From Mytilus trossulus (taxonomy: Eukaryota): 64,000 nucleotides of DNA. Below the pieces are notes generated by a model. It worked only from the letters and a program-made list of their open reading frames with translations. It was not told the DNA's origin and ran no database searches. A program made the position numbers and the translations under genes. Shown in pieces: positions 27,173 through 39,905 of the stretch. The DNA lies in NCBI RefSeq assembly GCF_036588685.1, contig NC_086377.1, positions 25,296,001 to 25,360,000 of the forward strand, written 5' to 3'. Position 1 is the first letter of the stretch. Every line of letters starts with the position of its first letter.

Positions 27173-27889
27173 ATTCATTAATTTTCAAAACGTTTGTGCT
27201 AATTGTAATAATTTTTTTTTATAAATCAAGTATATTCATTTTCATTTAAGTCCGACAAAACTTCTTCTCCACAGCATTTAGCCTTTTTCAAAATACAACA
27301 AGATTTTTTATTTAAGTAATTATTTGTTTTGTTCTAAAAAGACTTATCAATGTGTCTCTGATTACTTTGACACCATAATGGTAACAAAATTCTCCTTATA
27401 TCAGCCAAAATTGGACAAACTGGTACAAAATGGAATTCATCTTGTATTTCATTTGTATTACAAATTTTACACAACCCATTTCCCTCGTATCGGTTGATTT
27501 TCATGTCTACCTTGTTCTATAGCTTATGGTTTTAACATATAATTGAAAATTAGAATTAAATAATTTGTTTCACTATTGTAAGAAAATGCAAATACCAAAA
27601 ACGGTCAAAGTACTAAGCTTTATTTCTTATATGTGGAATGATATATCAAAATGACTACAAATATGTACCTTATTGTATACATGATGAATTATATAAAACA
27701 AGCATGATATTGAATATTATTGAATATGGAAGACAAAAAAAATAATTCTATATACAGAAGCACTTACAATTTCAAGCACCAATCAGTATCATTTTATTTC
27801 GACTATCTTTGTCACATTGCAAAACTGGATAACAAAAAAACCCCATATAGGTAATCTTTATGGCTAACACAGTTAATTATTTGTCTCAA

Positions 27890-29572
27890 CTACGTTACAT
27901 TGTACAGAGCAGCATAGCCACTAGTTTTATTACACACTAAAAGAGAGTTGTTTTCCTTGCTATAGTATACAGCATTGGGGTTAGAGAGCCCATCATCTTT
28001 TTTAAGTAGAATCTTGCTTGCCTTTCCGTCATGTTGAATGAGCACTAGATTGTTTGAATTACGTCCAACAACAAATACGTTTTGATCATTGTCAAGGGAT
28101 AAAGCTGTCGGATAACGTATGGAATCATCATTAAACGTCCATATCTCAGTGCCGTCCATGGCGCAACAGTGTATAGTATGCATGGATGCATTTGTGTAGT
28201 ATATCCGTTTACCTGAGGTCGCTATATTCTTTGTGTTTCCGTTGAATTTCACTTCTCCTACTCGTTTTCCCGACCGATCAATTACCATTATGTTCTTAGT
28301 GCCTCCCGCAACATAAAACTTTCCATCATTGTACGCTAAGCCAAGACAGCCATCGCATTCGAATCCAAGCTTTAAAGAATTCTTAGCATAACCAGGTTTT
28401 ATGAGATCGATATGATTCTGATATCCACAGGATACAGCCACGCCATCTGATCCAAAAAACTCTAAATCAAAAGAAGGATAAGATGTACTGATGTTACGGA
28501 TATGCATGCCGTTATTGTTGTATTGTTGTATATGATTAATTTCTGTGTGATAATTTGCTATCAGTATGTGTCCGTCTGGTAAAATCACGCACCCATAAAC
28601 ACATATGACACCATTATGCTTTTGAAGGTTCAGTTGTTTGTCTAATTTAAGAACTATATCCTGAATAGGCCTCTCTTTTATCTGTTTTCTCTGTATTTGT
28701 GCTTGTCCTATTTTTGTATCATATGACAGTAAACCAGATTCACGTTTTTCAAGTTTGATTTTACCCAATTGATCAATTTGTTCGGAAAGATTATCAATAA
28801 TCGGATGTAAATCAAGTTCGATATGGTAACTCCTAGAACGGTCAGTTGCTAACTTTATAAACTCGATCTCTTTATTGACGTCTTTATATAATTTTCGCGT
28901 GCCGAGAAAGATGTGTAGGTCAGAAGCAAAATCTTTTAACTTTAAGGTCTGTTCTTTCAGCTTTGTCAGCGTTTTCTTTGAATGTTCAAAACATTCCAAA
29001 TGTTTGCTGCTTTCTGACAAACAATCGTCAGCCATTGATGACAATTCTTGTAATAACCTTTGTTGTAACTCATCAAGGTAGAGGACGACTTTCTCTCTGG
29101 TGGCCTTAATGTTTTTCTCGATTTCACGTCTTTTGGCCTGGATTGAATCAGATACTGAATGTCGGTCACGAATAAAATGTTCTATATTTTGTAATGATCT
29201 ATTTATGGTATCTCCAAGGTCATCTGTTACCGTTGAGTGTTTTGCATTAATTGCAACATCCTCCAGAGGCACAACATCCGGGCATATCTTATGCTCAGAA
29301 GACACGCATGCTTTGCAAAGTGGTTCATCGTGACTTTTGCAAAACCAATCAAATTTTTTGTTGTGCTGATTACAAATTTGGTCAACAGTTACATGTTGTG
29401 TATTACGGTAATCATCTATCGTAATTAGATTATGACCTCGAGAAATTTTTGTCGCCTTGTGAACCTTTTGGCAGTCTTGACAAAATCCTTCCTCGCATTC
29501 AACACACCACGTATTAGCTTGAACTGTTTTATTATCATAACAGCATGGGTCACAAAAGACAGGCGTTGACAT
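27890..29572 (-). CDS. RING-less TRIM-like protein: B-box1, B-box2, coiled coil, NHL-type beta-propeller (560 aa, single coding exon)
   Basis: CDPC...WCVECEEGFCQDCQKVH and CNQH...FCKSHDEPLCKACVSSEHKIC zinc boxes, a heptad-rich middle, and propeller repeats (YPTALSLDNDQNVFVVG, LSNPNAVYY...LLVCN). Splice-acceptor-like sequence just upstream of the ATG in both paralogs. Confidence 0.92.
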   Translation of the reverse strand: MSTPVFCDPCCYDNKTVQANTWCVECEEGFCQDCQKVHKATKISRGHNLITIDDYRNTQHVTVDQICNQHNKKFDWFCKSHDEPLCKACVSSEHKICPDVVPLEDVAINAKHSTVTDDLGDTINRSLQNIEHFIRDRHSVSDSIQAKRREIEKNIKATREKVVLYLDELQQRLLQELSSMADDCLSESSKHLECFEHSKKTLTKLKEQTLKLKDFASDLHIFLGTRKLYKDVNKEIEFIKLATDRSRSYHIELDLHPIIDNLSEQIDQLGKIKLEKRESGLLSYDTKIGQAQIQRKQIKERPIQDIVLKLDKQLNLQKHNGVICVYGCVILPDGHILIANYHTEINHIQQYNNNGMHIRNISTSYPSFDLEFFGSDGVAVSCGYQNHIDLIKPGYAKNSLKLGFECDGCLGLAYNDGKFYVAGGTKNIMVIDRSGKRVGEVKFNGNTKNIATSGKRIYYTNASMHTIHCCAMDGTEIWTFNDDSIRYPTALSLDNDQNVFVVGRNSNNLVLIQHDGKASKILLKKDDGLSNPNAVYYSKENNSLLVCNKTSGYAALYNVT

Positions 29573-31036
29573 TATTCTATACCTATCAATTACAAAAACT
29601 CAGATAATTGAATTGGCAAATTAATAAATAAATAAAAATAAAAATACACACAAAACAATTGTACCGTTTGACAGAAAATACAGGATGCGCACTTCTGATC
29701 TGATCTTGCCACCATTTACGAATGACTCATATATAGGCGTATCCAAAAAAAAGGGGATGGGTGGCCCGGCCTCCTCATTTTTTGTCGATTTTTTTTATAT
29801 AAGGAATCAATGACGCATGAGTGGAGTCCCCCTCACTTAGTTCTGTAAGCCACCCTTTCAATAAGATCTTGATTTGCCACTGAATGTTTCCATGTGAATA
29901 ATCCATCATTACGACTTCGGTTTAAGAAAAAAACAATATGGTAAACATTAAAAGTAATAAATGTACTGTTGTGTGTTAATTTATTTTATCGATTCGTTTA
30001 ATCGAAGGAAGAACAAGGGAATCGACATCAAAAAGTCCTGAAATCAGTCAACACCATGACCAGAACGGAATAAAGACAAAAAGAGACAACAGTTACAAAA
30101 CCCTACACAGACAACTAGAAATTGGTAGTCACGAAAGCAATAAGAACTACATGAAACTTCAGTTCTCCGGAAGGGGAGCAGTTCCAGATGTTCTAGCTGT
30201 ACTCACCGTGTTTGTCAATGAAAAAACTCCGAACTGAGTTAGTCGATTTTGTTGATTCAACTTAAACATTTAAATCATTGGTTCTATCTATTATATAGCT
30301 TCCTTGTAAATTAATGGTTGATTTACGTCAAGTAGTTGCAAATAGTTCATAAATAGACTAACAATAAAATGCATTAGGAGACCCTGCAAAAGGGGGAAGA
30401 TGAGCGGAAAATAGGAAAAATGAGGGTATATGAGATAGGGACAGCAAGATCCAAAGGTTAAAATAGTGGATTCGGCTCTTGTGTCCTTTTGACAGTAATT
30501 TACTGCAGCTGTTCTACAAGGTTAAAGTGTTTTATTGACACCTATTTTAAACTGCATTCGATGCGAAATGTCGTGTGACAGGACGACGACGACGGATGCA
30601 AATTATTATGTCATGGTTATAAAAGTTCATGTGATCTAGAGGGTAATGTTCAATGTTTAATCTATGTGAAATGAACCTTATTTCTAACAAGGAAGTTAAA
30701 TTTACACTGAAAACAAGGTTAAAATCAATAAAATCGTTGAATAACATGAACATAGTTTGTATGAAACCTACTAATAGTATATACCTGTGCTCTACCTTAA
30801 AGTTTTTAGTTCCTATGTATCACTACGGTTTAATACTCTATTCTTTGTCAGACTCAAATTTCTTGTGTGGTCGTGACGTTGTCGTATATATATCACTATA
30901 AATAACTAGTATAATTCGATAACGAGACTTTCCAAACTAAACTCTGTATATAGTATCAAGTGAGAAAGGAAGGCGGGAACTTTAAAAAAGACATCAGACT
31001 ATCATAATAAGTCCACAATTAGAACGGAGTGGGGTC

Positions 31037-31187
31037 CAGTGGCGGATCAAGGAATTTGGGGGACCACTGACTGACCTAAGAAGGAGCCCGCTCCAGTCAC
31101 GCTTCAGTGATTCCCTATATAAGCAACAACATTTTTTCCTAAAAGGTGGGCGGCCCCCCTGGCCCCCTCTCCTAAATCCGCCTCGGT
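31037..31187. mobile_element. Small hAT-like MITE; inverted, more decayed copy at ~29733-29882
   Basis: CAGTGGCGGAT... / ...ATCCGCCTCGG termini. Internal GCTCCAGTCACGCTTCAGTGATTCCCTATATAA matches the reverse complement of ~29796-29826. Confidence 0.6.
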
Positions 31188-31529
31188 GGTTGGGTGAATT
31201 TACAGTTCGGTTCCATTGTAAATAAACAAGGCATGTTCTTATATTTCATTGATAAATATTTTTATTTGTCGAAGAAAAAACAATCAGTCCGAGAACAATA
31301 CACAGATGCATGTTCGATACATTTAACATGCAATCATTTCTGCCGAGAAAATCTTAAACAGTATCAAACACCAAGTCATTGTTAATGTTTATAGCGATTA
31401 GCAAAGCAAGGTTCGACACACTAACCTTTTTAACAACGAAACCATTGGGCAAAAAAACTAAATTGTAGTACTTTGTAATTAATACACTACTGTCTATGGT
31501 TAGGGGCCAGAAGGGGGAAGGGGTCTTAG

Positions 31530-31815
31530 ATGTGCCTGTCCAAAGTCTGGGTAATGTATTTCAGTGGTTGTCGTTTGTTGCTGTGTTACATATAAATAAT
31601 TTGTTTTTCGTTCATTTTTTTATAAATAAATTAGGCTGTTAGTTTTCAAGTTTGAACTGCATTTGTCAGTTCTAGGCATTTTATAGGTTACTACGCGGTA
31701 TGGGATTTGCTCATTCTTGAAGTGTGTACGGTGACCTATAGATGTTATAATTTATGTTATTTGGTCTCTTGTGAAGAATTGTCTCATTGGCAATCATACC
31801 ACATCTTCCTTTTTT
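31530..31815 (+). repeat. Dispersed SINE-like repeat family B ending GTCTCATTGGCA(A/C)TCATACCACATCTTC
   Basis: Related copies at ~7225-7335, ~17230-17310, ~32930-33142, ~37290-37525, ~54290-54415 (+) and ~990-1180, ~24625-24900, ~34355-34445, ~35630-35718, ~56640-56720 (-). Confidence 0.75.
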
Positions 31816-33142
31816 ATATTTTGTCATTGATCGAAAGGTTTTGTCGACAATTATATTGTAGCTACTTTATAATGACTAAAATGTTCTCCGGTTAAACTAT
31901 TCGCCAAGTGAATATATATCTTATTCGTGCTGACAGGAAATTGATATGGTTATATTTATAAATTAACTATTTACAAAATTTTTAGATTTTTTAAATACTA
32001 AGGTTTTTCTACCTCAGGCCTATATTACCTAAGCTCGATTTGGCAAAATTTTGGTCCTCAATGCTCTTCAACTTCGTACTATATTTGGCCTTTTTAACGT
32101 TTTTGGATTCAAGCGTCACTGTTGAGTCTTTTGTAGACGAAACGCGCGTCTGGCTTTAATACGAAATTTAGTCCTGGTATCTATGATGAGTTTATCTCCA
32201 ATTTTCCACTCCAACGATGATCAGGATGTTCATTAAAACTCCGTAAAACAATGGTTGTTTCATCCAGCTTCTCTATTTATGTAAAAAAAAATATGTAACC
32301 CCCCCCCCCCCCAAAAAAAAAAACAAAAACAAAACAAACTCTACTTAACTTAAATGTGAAACCATTAATATTTTTACACTGCCATAAAAATATCAGGAGC
32401 TAAGCAAGTATTAGTTTATTTGACAGAAGAAGAACTTACTTTAATTGAACTGCTTCTATCACTTTTTTCAAATCTCCCTCCAAATCAAGTGGTCAATCAA
32501 ATTAATAATTAAAATGAAAAATGACAGGATTAATCCTAAACATTCATGAAATATTTCCTACTGGACGTTAAGCAATCAATTTAATATTGATACTAAAGAG
32601 GTATGTAGTATACCATTTGGTAGTTATATTCTTATCAATGAAACAATATGGCCCGTATGTCTTGTAATAGAACATACTAGGTAATGTAAGTCAACTATCT
32701 TGAAAATCATACATAATTCACAGAAGAAATTATGACCTGGTATGGATTCTTCAAATAACAGGATCCAATATGTGACTCAATTTTATCAGACGGCACCTTA
32801 TCAGAGATCTACAACGAGATCTTGCCTTGAATTTATTTTACCAATTCCATTTTTTTTTAAAAGGCTAAAACCATGAACAGTAAACATATTTAGTAATGAA
32901 AATATCTCTAAAGATACAAGTTATGTAGTTTATGTTTCTCGTTTTTTAATATAGATTAATTAGACCGTAGTTTTTCCCGTTTGAATGGTTTTTCACTAAA
33001 AAAAAATTGGGCCCTTGATAGCTTGTTGTTCGGTGTGAGCCAAGGCTCCGTGTTAAAGACCGTACATTGACCTATAATGGTGTTCTGTTATAAATTGCTT
33101 TTTGGATGGAAAGTTGTCTAAATGACACTCATACCACATCTT

Positions 33143-34490
33143 AATTTCAGTAGTGACGCAAAATGGAACAATCATATTGAAAGTATAATTACAAGTGTAA
33201 AAAAACACTTAAATGTTTTACGTAAACTTAAATACCGATTATTTCGAAATAATTTAGAAAAACTATACTTAGTTTTTATTCGACCCATTTTTGAATATGC
33301 CACGGAAGTATGGGATAATTGTGGAATAGGCTACTCACATAAATAAGAAAATTTGCAATTAGAGGCCGCAAGAATAGTTACAGGTCTACCAATATTTACG
33401 AAAACTGAAACAACTTTATATTCTGAGGTTGGCTGGGAATCTCTTTTTGAAAGAAGAAGGAGAAGAAAATTACAGATGTTTTATAACATGAACCAAAAGC
33501 ATGCACCAGAATATCTATGTAATATTGTACCTCCTTGTGTACAAAGTACAACCAACTACCCGTTACGAAATGTTCATGATATTATTGTTCCATTTTGTAG
33601 ACTTTTCGTTACTACTAAATCGTTTATTCTCTCTACTATACGCGAATGGAATAAACTTGATCCAAAAATTCGCAGTGTCCACTCTATTTCTAAATTGAAG
33701 AAATAATTAAAAAGCGATAGTCTATTATGTAAAGTTGAAACATTTTATTTGTACGGCCCAAGGAAATTAAATATGATCTTAACGTAATTGCGATGTTCCG
33801 CTTTATTCTTAAACACTGAATTATTTAGAGCTAATACTATAAATGATCCTTCTTGCCATTGTGGGTCCGATATTGAGGATGTCTACCGTTACTTTTTCGC
33901 TTGCCCAAAATACACATTATATAGAAAAAAACTGAATCCATAACCTTAACTGGCTATCTGAAAACTTTGTTTTAGATACAAAACTATTGATTTGCAGACA
34001 CTTGGAACTTTCGAACGAATAAAATATTCAAATTTTCAAACATGTTCAAAATTTCATAAAAAGGTCAAACAGATTTCTTATGCCTAGATAGAATGTTATT
34101 ATTACTGACACGGAACGTCATCCTTGTCATGGGTTGTCATCAATCCACAAGTCATCGTTACATAATTATACGACTTTTCTCAAACTTTCCTTTTCTCTTT
34201 TTACTTTCTCTCCTCTTTGTTCACCCATGAAAGCTAGTATTATATTGTATAAACTGACTGCTTGTTTTATATGCATGTCCATTATATTATACTATTATTG
34301 TAACTTTATATTGTATTATTGAGAAGACTTCATAAGTATGATTTACTTGTGTCTATAAAAAAGAAGATGTGGTATGATAGCCAATGAGACAACTATCCAC
34401 AAAAGACCAAAATGACACAAACATTAACCATTATAGGTCACCGTCCGGCAATTTTGCTTTAATTCAGCAAATAAAAAATGTTTAAACTAA
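33143..34490 (+). mobile_element. 5'-truncated, decayed CR1-group LINE with 10-bp TSD
   Basis: SSDAKWNNHI...LYLVFIRPIFEYATEVWDNC...LQLEAARIVTGLP...VGWESL...REWNKL and a C-terminal CHCGSDIEDVYRYFFAC, with stops and frameshifts. AATAAA at ~34470. ACCACATCTT at 33133-33142 and 34491-34500. Confidence 0.88.
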
Positions 34491-34983
34491 ACCACATCTT
34501 CCTATATCTATGATTGATACCACATCAACTAATTTTTATTTCACAGAGGAGTAACGGGTACAATGAAAATAGAAATTGATATGCAAGTTGTGAGACTTAA
34601 ATAAAATATTAAATCTGAATCTGCAAAATTTGAAAAAAGCAATTCATGATCAACAGTACAAAACATACAAAACTATAGCAATTTGACTTAATTAATCAAT
34701 GAAATCCATATGTACACATGAATGTTGTTGTCCTTTTAATAAAAACACAAAAATAAAGATTTTTTTTTAAATTATTTTCATTACGTTAATATCGTCTTTT
34801 TGAGATAATAAAAACACTTTTATATGATATCGTTTCTTATCACAGAACCAACTGCCAAAAAAACACAAAAAAATCAAACAAAAAATCGACTTACAGTGAG
34901 CATTGACAACCTGACCTTCTTTTACTGTTTTGGACCTTTTGTAATAAAATAAATGCAAAATGCTATTTATAATTCTCATATTT

Positions 34984-36982
34984 TTATTTACAACAGAAGA
35001 ATATGACATCATTCAAGGCTGTGTCATCCCCTCTTCGACCTTGTTGCCCCTCTACCCTAGTCTGCAAGCCACATATTGCAGTCCCACGGGGACAAGTAAT
35101 CCAGCCACTAAAGTGTCCCCAGAAACCACTTCCGCCGATTTCATATCCAGGCCAATGCCATTTTAAAGCTTTACACCTGAATCTCACATAGTTGGCTGCG
35201 GTGTCATCTCCTCTACCCTAAAATATAATTTGATCTTAAACTTATAGATCTTTTACAAAGGTCCTATAACATGGTTAATTTAGATAATAACTCTTTTATT
35301 GATTATCATAATCCATCAAATAAATGATTCATTTTTATTCTTAATGCTAAAACCTGTGCATAACGGACGTTGATTCTATTAAATTGTCGACTTAGTAGCA
35401 GACTATTTTTATTTCATGTAAATAAAACATGAAATGAAAAAAGGTCGGCCTTCATTTTTTGGTCACACAATTAGTAAATAGCAAAAATAACAAAAATAAC
35501 AAAAATACCGAACATCTACAAAAATTCGAATGGAAATCAACTGTCATATTCCTGACTTAGAATAGACAGTTTTTAATTTTTTATTGTATTATTGAGAAGA
35601 TTTCATAAGTATGATTTACTTGTGTCTATAAAAAAGAAGATGTGGTATGATTGCCAATGAGACAACTATCCACAAAAGACCAAAATGAAACAAACATTAA
35701 CCATTATAGGTCACCGTCAGTTTTTAATTTTTAATGTGGAAAATTGTGGATTAAACCGGATTTTGTAGGTAGCTAAACCTCTCACTTGAATGAAACAAGA
35801 ATTTCGTTTAGTTATTTATCAGACTAAGAATTAAATTACCTGTTTGCCTTCAACTTGTAATGAAAAAGATGTAAGTAAATGCGTCCCCCATCCACACTTC
35901 ATAAAACCACTCCATCCACCCCAAGGTCCATATCCAGATGTGACTGTGAATCCATTGCTTGATCTTCTTTTTTTCGTACCACAAAGCAGTTTTATACCAT
36001 TCAGCGAGGTATCGTCTCCTCGACGTCCTTGCTTCCCTTCAATCTATTTTAAAATTAAAGAAAACAATATATTTGTAAAACCTCATCCACCAACACCCGT
36101 TTTACTCTAAGTTTATTCTATGAGTGTGTTTATTGTTTATCAGATGGCTCGTTGTACTTTGCCCTCAAATCACGAAAGTTACTTTAATCAACAATCACCA
36201 ACGGAGTTAACTGCTTGTCGAAAATACGTCATGAGTTCGTACTTAAATGTAAAAGGACTTATTTGTTAATGACATGCATCGGTCCAAATGTTCACATTAT
36301 AATCACATTATAATCATCTGAAATAGTGTCATAAGTCTGCAAGGGGCATTAGCTTCGAGATATGAAATAAAATCTGAATATGATATAGTTAGGTTCATTC
36401 AATCATTAATAATGAATCATTCACTGGCAAGTGAACAAGTCGACTTCAGTGAATCCGTATTCGTGTAACCTTCAATTTGACCCATTAGCTAGACATTGGT
36501 TACGCATTTTTTGTCGTATTCAGCCATTTAAGGAAAAGAAGGTCAACATTGAAAGTGAAACATAGGTGAACCTTTTCGTTGACCGATTTGATCCTCAAAA
36601 CAATTATTCTTATGCGGGTTAAAACAGATATGTCGGCAGTCGTCGGAGGTCATCTCGATATATAATTAGATATGCGTTGTTAACTTTTATTTCAGTACAT
36701 TGTAATTTGGATATACGTTTTGATATGTTATAAATATAGAAAAAAAATGAGACACTATAGATGCCCTGATTCGTTTAACAAATTTCACTCTCAACGTACC
36801 TTTAAGCTGTAACCTACAGCATATTGATCAGTAGGACAAAATCTAGGTTCATGCCAATCACCCCATATACCACCGTTGTTACTCTGTAAATATTTTACAA
36901 CCCGCCTGGGATACGAGGCCTGGCAGATACACACGGCTAAACTGAATAGGATCAGTTTGATAAACATTCTAAAAATAATCAT
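34984..36982 (-). CDS. VMO1: Vitelline membrane outer layer protein 1-like (beta-prism I), secreted, ~206 aa
   Basis: Phase-0 GT-AG exons: 36982-36800 (signal peptide, NNGGIWGDW..FCP..YAVGYSLK), 36043-35840 (IEGKQGRRGDDTSLNGIKLLC...GPWGGW...FSLQVEGKQ), 35217-34984 (GRGDDTAANYVRFRC...AICGLQTRVE..QGRRGDDTALNDVIFFCCK*). Three DDT(A/S)xN repeats. Confidence 0.93.
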
Positions 36983-39905
36983 GAATTATAGTTTAGTGTT
37001 AGATTTCGGATATTGACCCCAGCTATTGCCTGGACCATGAAGAGTGGGGACACGGATTTTGCCTAATCTTTACTTTTTGTGAGTCTTTCTTTATTTTATA
37101 TATATATTTGCTTGCGCACGCGGTCAAAATATTCAAATCACCTTTTTTTTGGTTCGGTATATCAAATGGTCGTCTGCCGTGGATGTTTATGTTTTCATTG
37201 TTATCATTGTGATATAGATTTGGCATCGTCATACTAGAAAAATATTGATACCTCAGTCTAAATAAACGTTTTGAAATCTGATATTCTGTAGTTGTCGATT
37301 GTTGATATGGTTCATAAGTGTTTCTCGTTTCTCTCTTTTTATATAGATTAGACCGTTAGTTTTCCCGTTTGAATGGTTATACACTAGTGATTTGTTGGGG
37401 CCCTTTATAGCTTGCTGTTTGGTGTGAGCGTACCTTGACCTATAATGATTTACTTTAAATAATAAATTGTGACTTGGATGGAAATTTGTCTCATTGGCAC
37501 TCATACCACATCTTCCTATATCTATATAATAATGATTAATCAAGGTGAACACATCGACTTTTTGGTAATTTCTCAACTACAAACTATATGAAAATAAAAT
37601 TTCCCATGATACTAAATAAATAATCGAAAATTACTAAGTGACCAAAGAGGATATTAAAAGGATAAACAACTTTCTTTTGTTTTCATCTTTCAGCAATTAC
37701 TAATATTTTTTTTTAAACATTTAAAACAGTTATTATAATAATAATAAACAGACACAACATACCTGATTATAATTTCAAATAATTATATCTCTAGTAGAAA
37801 AAAACAGTGTTTTATTTCACAATTTGCTTTTCTAAGAAAATTGCAAATAGGTAAAATAATATGTTGAATCAATAACAAATGTTGCATTTAGGTTTCAAGT
37901 ACCAGAACAATAAATACAAATTTAACCGATAAAAATACCAGTTAGAAATTGATCATATTACATTTTTCGAAAAGTTAATTTTTGTGTTAGACTTAACTAT
38001 CTGTTTTCTAAAACAAAATGAAAAGAAACCGAGTTTACTAGGATTTTTAATGCAATCAACTTATCGGAAGTTTATGACAACGAATGCCCGCTATTTTTAA
38101 AAGTCGTTTTCTGCTCGTTGGTCGGATTGTCGTCTCTTTGTCGCATTTCCCACGTCCTTTGTCAATTTAGGCATAGATAAGTAACATATCAAGTAAAGGG
38201 TGCAATTCTGGTATTATATTCAGCTTTTTATAAGCTCATTTCAGATAAGTAAACACAGGTGAAAAACTCAACCGCTTAACTTTGACCGATTTGTTTTTCA
38301 TAAATGCACCAGTTTGCGATTATTTCAGTAAACTTTAAAGTATAAACAATTCTGTTAACGCAAAGTTACGATTTAGCCTGCAATTAATCAATTCAAGCAA
38401 AACAATTACTGGATTTGTATACTCTTCTAAGAATGCCATACACATACAAATCAGCCCGTCAAAGCAATATAATTTATATTCTTAAATTTAATTGTAATAT
38501 GATATAACGGCATGACATCTATCATACACAAAAAATCATTATATAAACATAAAACAACTCACTACGTATGAGCTGAACAAAATCTAGTATGTTTAGTTTA
38601 ATATTGGTTCCATAAAGTGAAAGAATACAGTGCTTCAAATAAGTATCACATCGAGATTTTGATAATTTTAATTTTCAAAGACAAAGGCTTAGACGAGAAA
38701 TATATCTAAGAACTAAGTTACAAGTCTGGTATCTTTGTTGAGATTTTGCAAGAATACGATTGTGAAAATAAATAGCTTCAGTCTTGTAACTTTATCATTT
38801 TACCTAATTTTGTTTTATATTATAAGCATTCCAATGAGAGCACTTCGGATGGATACGAATTGTAGTTTAATTTACAGCTCACACATTGTCCAAACGTAAA
38901 AAGTTGCTGGTGGACTATTAGTATCAGTTCCCGAGGGTATCATCATCTCAGTAGTCAGTTAATGTACTTCAGTACTGACTTGATGAAATAAATTTTACTA
39001 AAATTGTTCGTTTGTAAATTTTGAAATTATTAAGAAACTAAGGTTTCAACTCTCTCAAGCAAAGTTGGCTTTAGATGATTTTGGTTATTTATTTGAGGTA
39101 TTTTTTTTATAGCTCTTCAACGGTTTCGGTACTTCGCATTTCAATTGTTTGGCTTTGAGCGTTCCTGATGAACTGATGAAGATAAATCCAGAAAAGCGCT
39201 TCGGACACTGGAAATTATCAAACGTGCTGTTTTCAATTTTTTCCATCTTATCTCGTAGACTTCTTTAACATGATTATTCTAGGTATTTATAATTCCTTCT
39301 TTTCTGATTTCAAACATCATTAAGTGGTAAAAGTATATTCAAGGATTTTCAAGGTCAAGGTTGCTTGTTTAATAAAATATTACAATAACTGTTCATCAAC
39401 ATTTTTGATAAGTCATAATTGACATAATAAGCTAAATTGCATTATCTAACCTTTATGAAAATTGTATCACATGATCTGAATAGGTCATTTAATAACAAAA
39501 ATAGAGTAATAGAAATTTTACTTAAATAGTAATAAAACCCATAGTCATGAGGTGGATGATTCGTTTGGTAGATTTGAAAGTCATGTGTAATATTTTGTAC
39601 ATATTGGTTTGCATAAGTTTGACACTTGGAACAGTAAAAGGTATGTATACCTAATGATTTTTGCGTTTGTTTTTTAACCTTTGCGTTTACTCCACATAAA
39701 GATTGTTTCATTTTACAGCCATAAGATCCTGCTGCTATCGTATACCTTAGGGTAATGTCGGAAATTCAAGGAAATAGATTGAGATATAAACTCTGTTTCT
39801 GAATCCTAATTGTAAATGTGTATATAACATGTATTTGTATTATCAATCATAATAAAATATTGTTTACACCAATGCAGGAAAACGCTGATATTTCCTCTTC
39901 GTTTA

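Noticed and set aside
28875-29428. Plus-strand ORFs conserved between the TRIM-like paralogs
   Set aside because: Antisense shadows of the coding strand; the conservation follows from the duplication.
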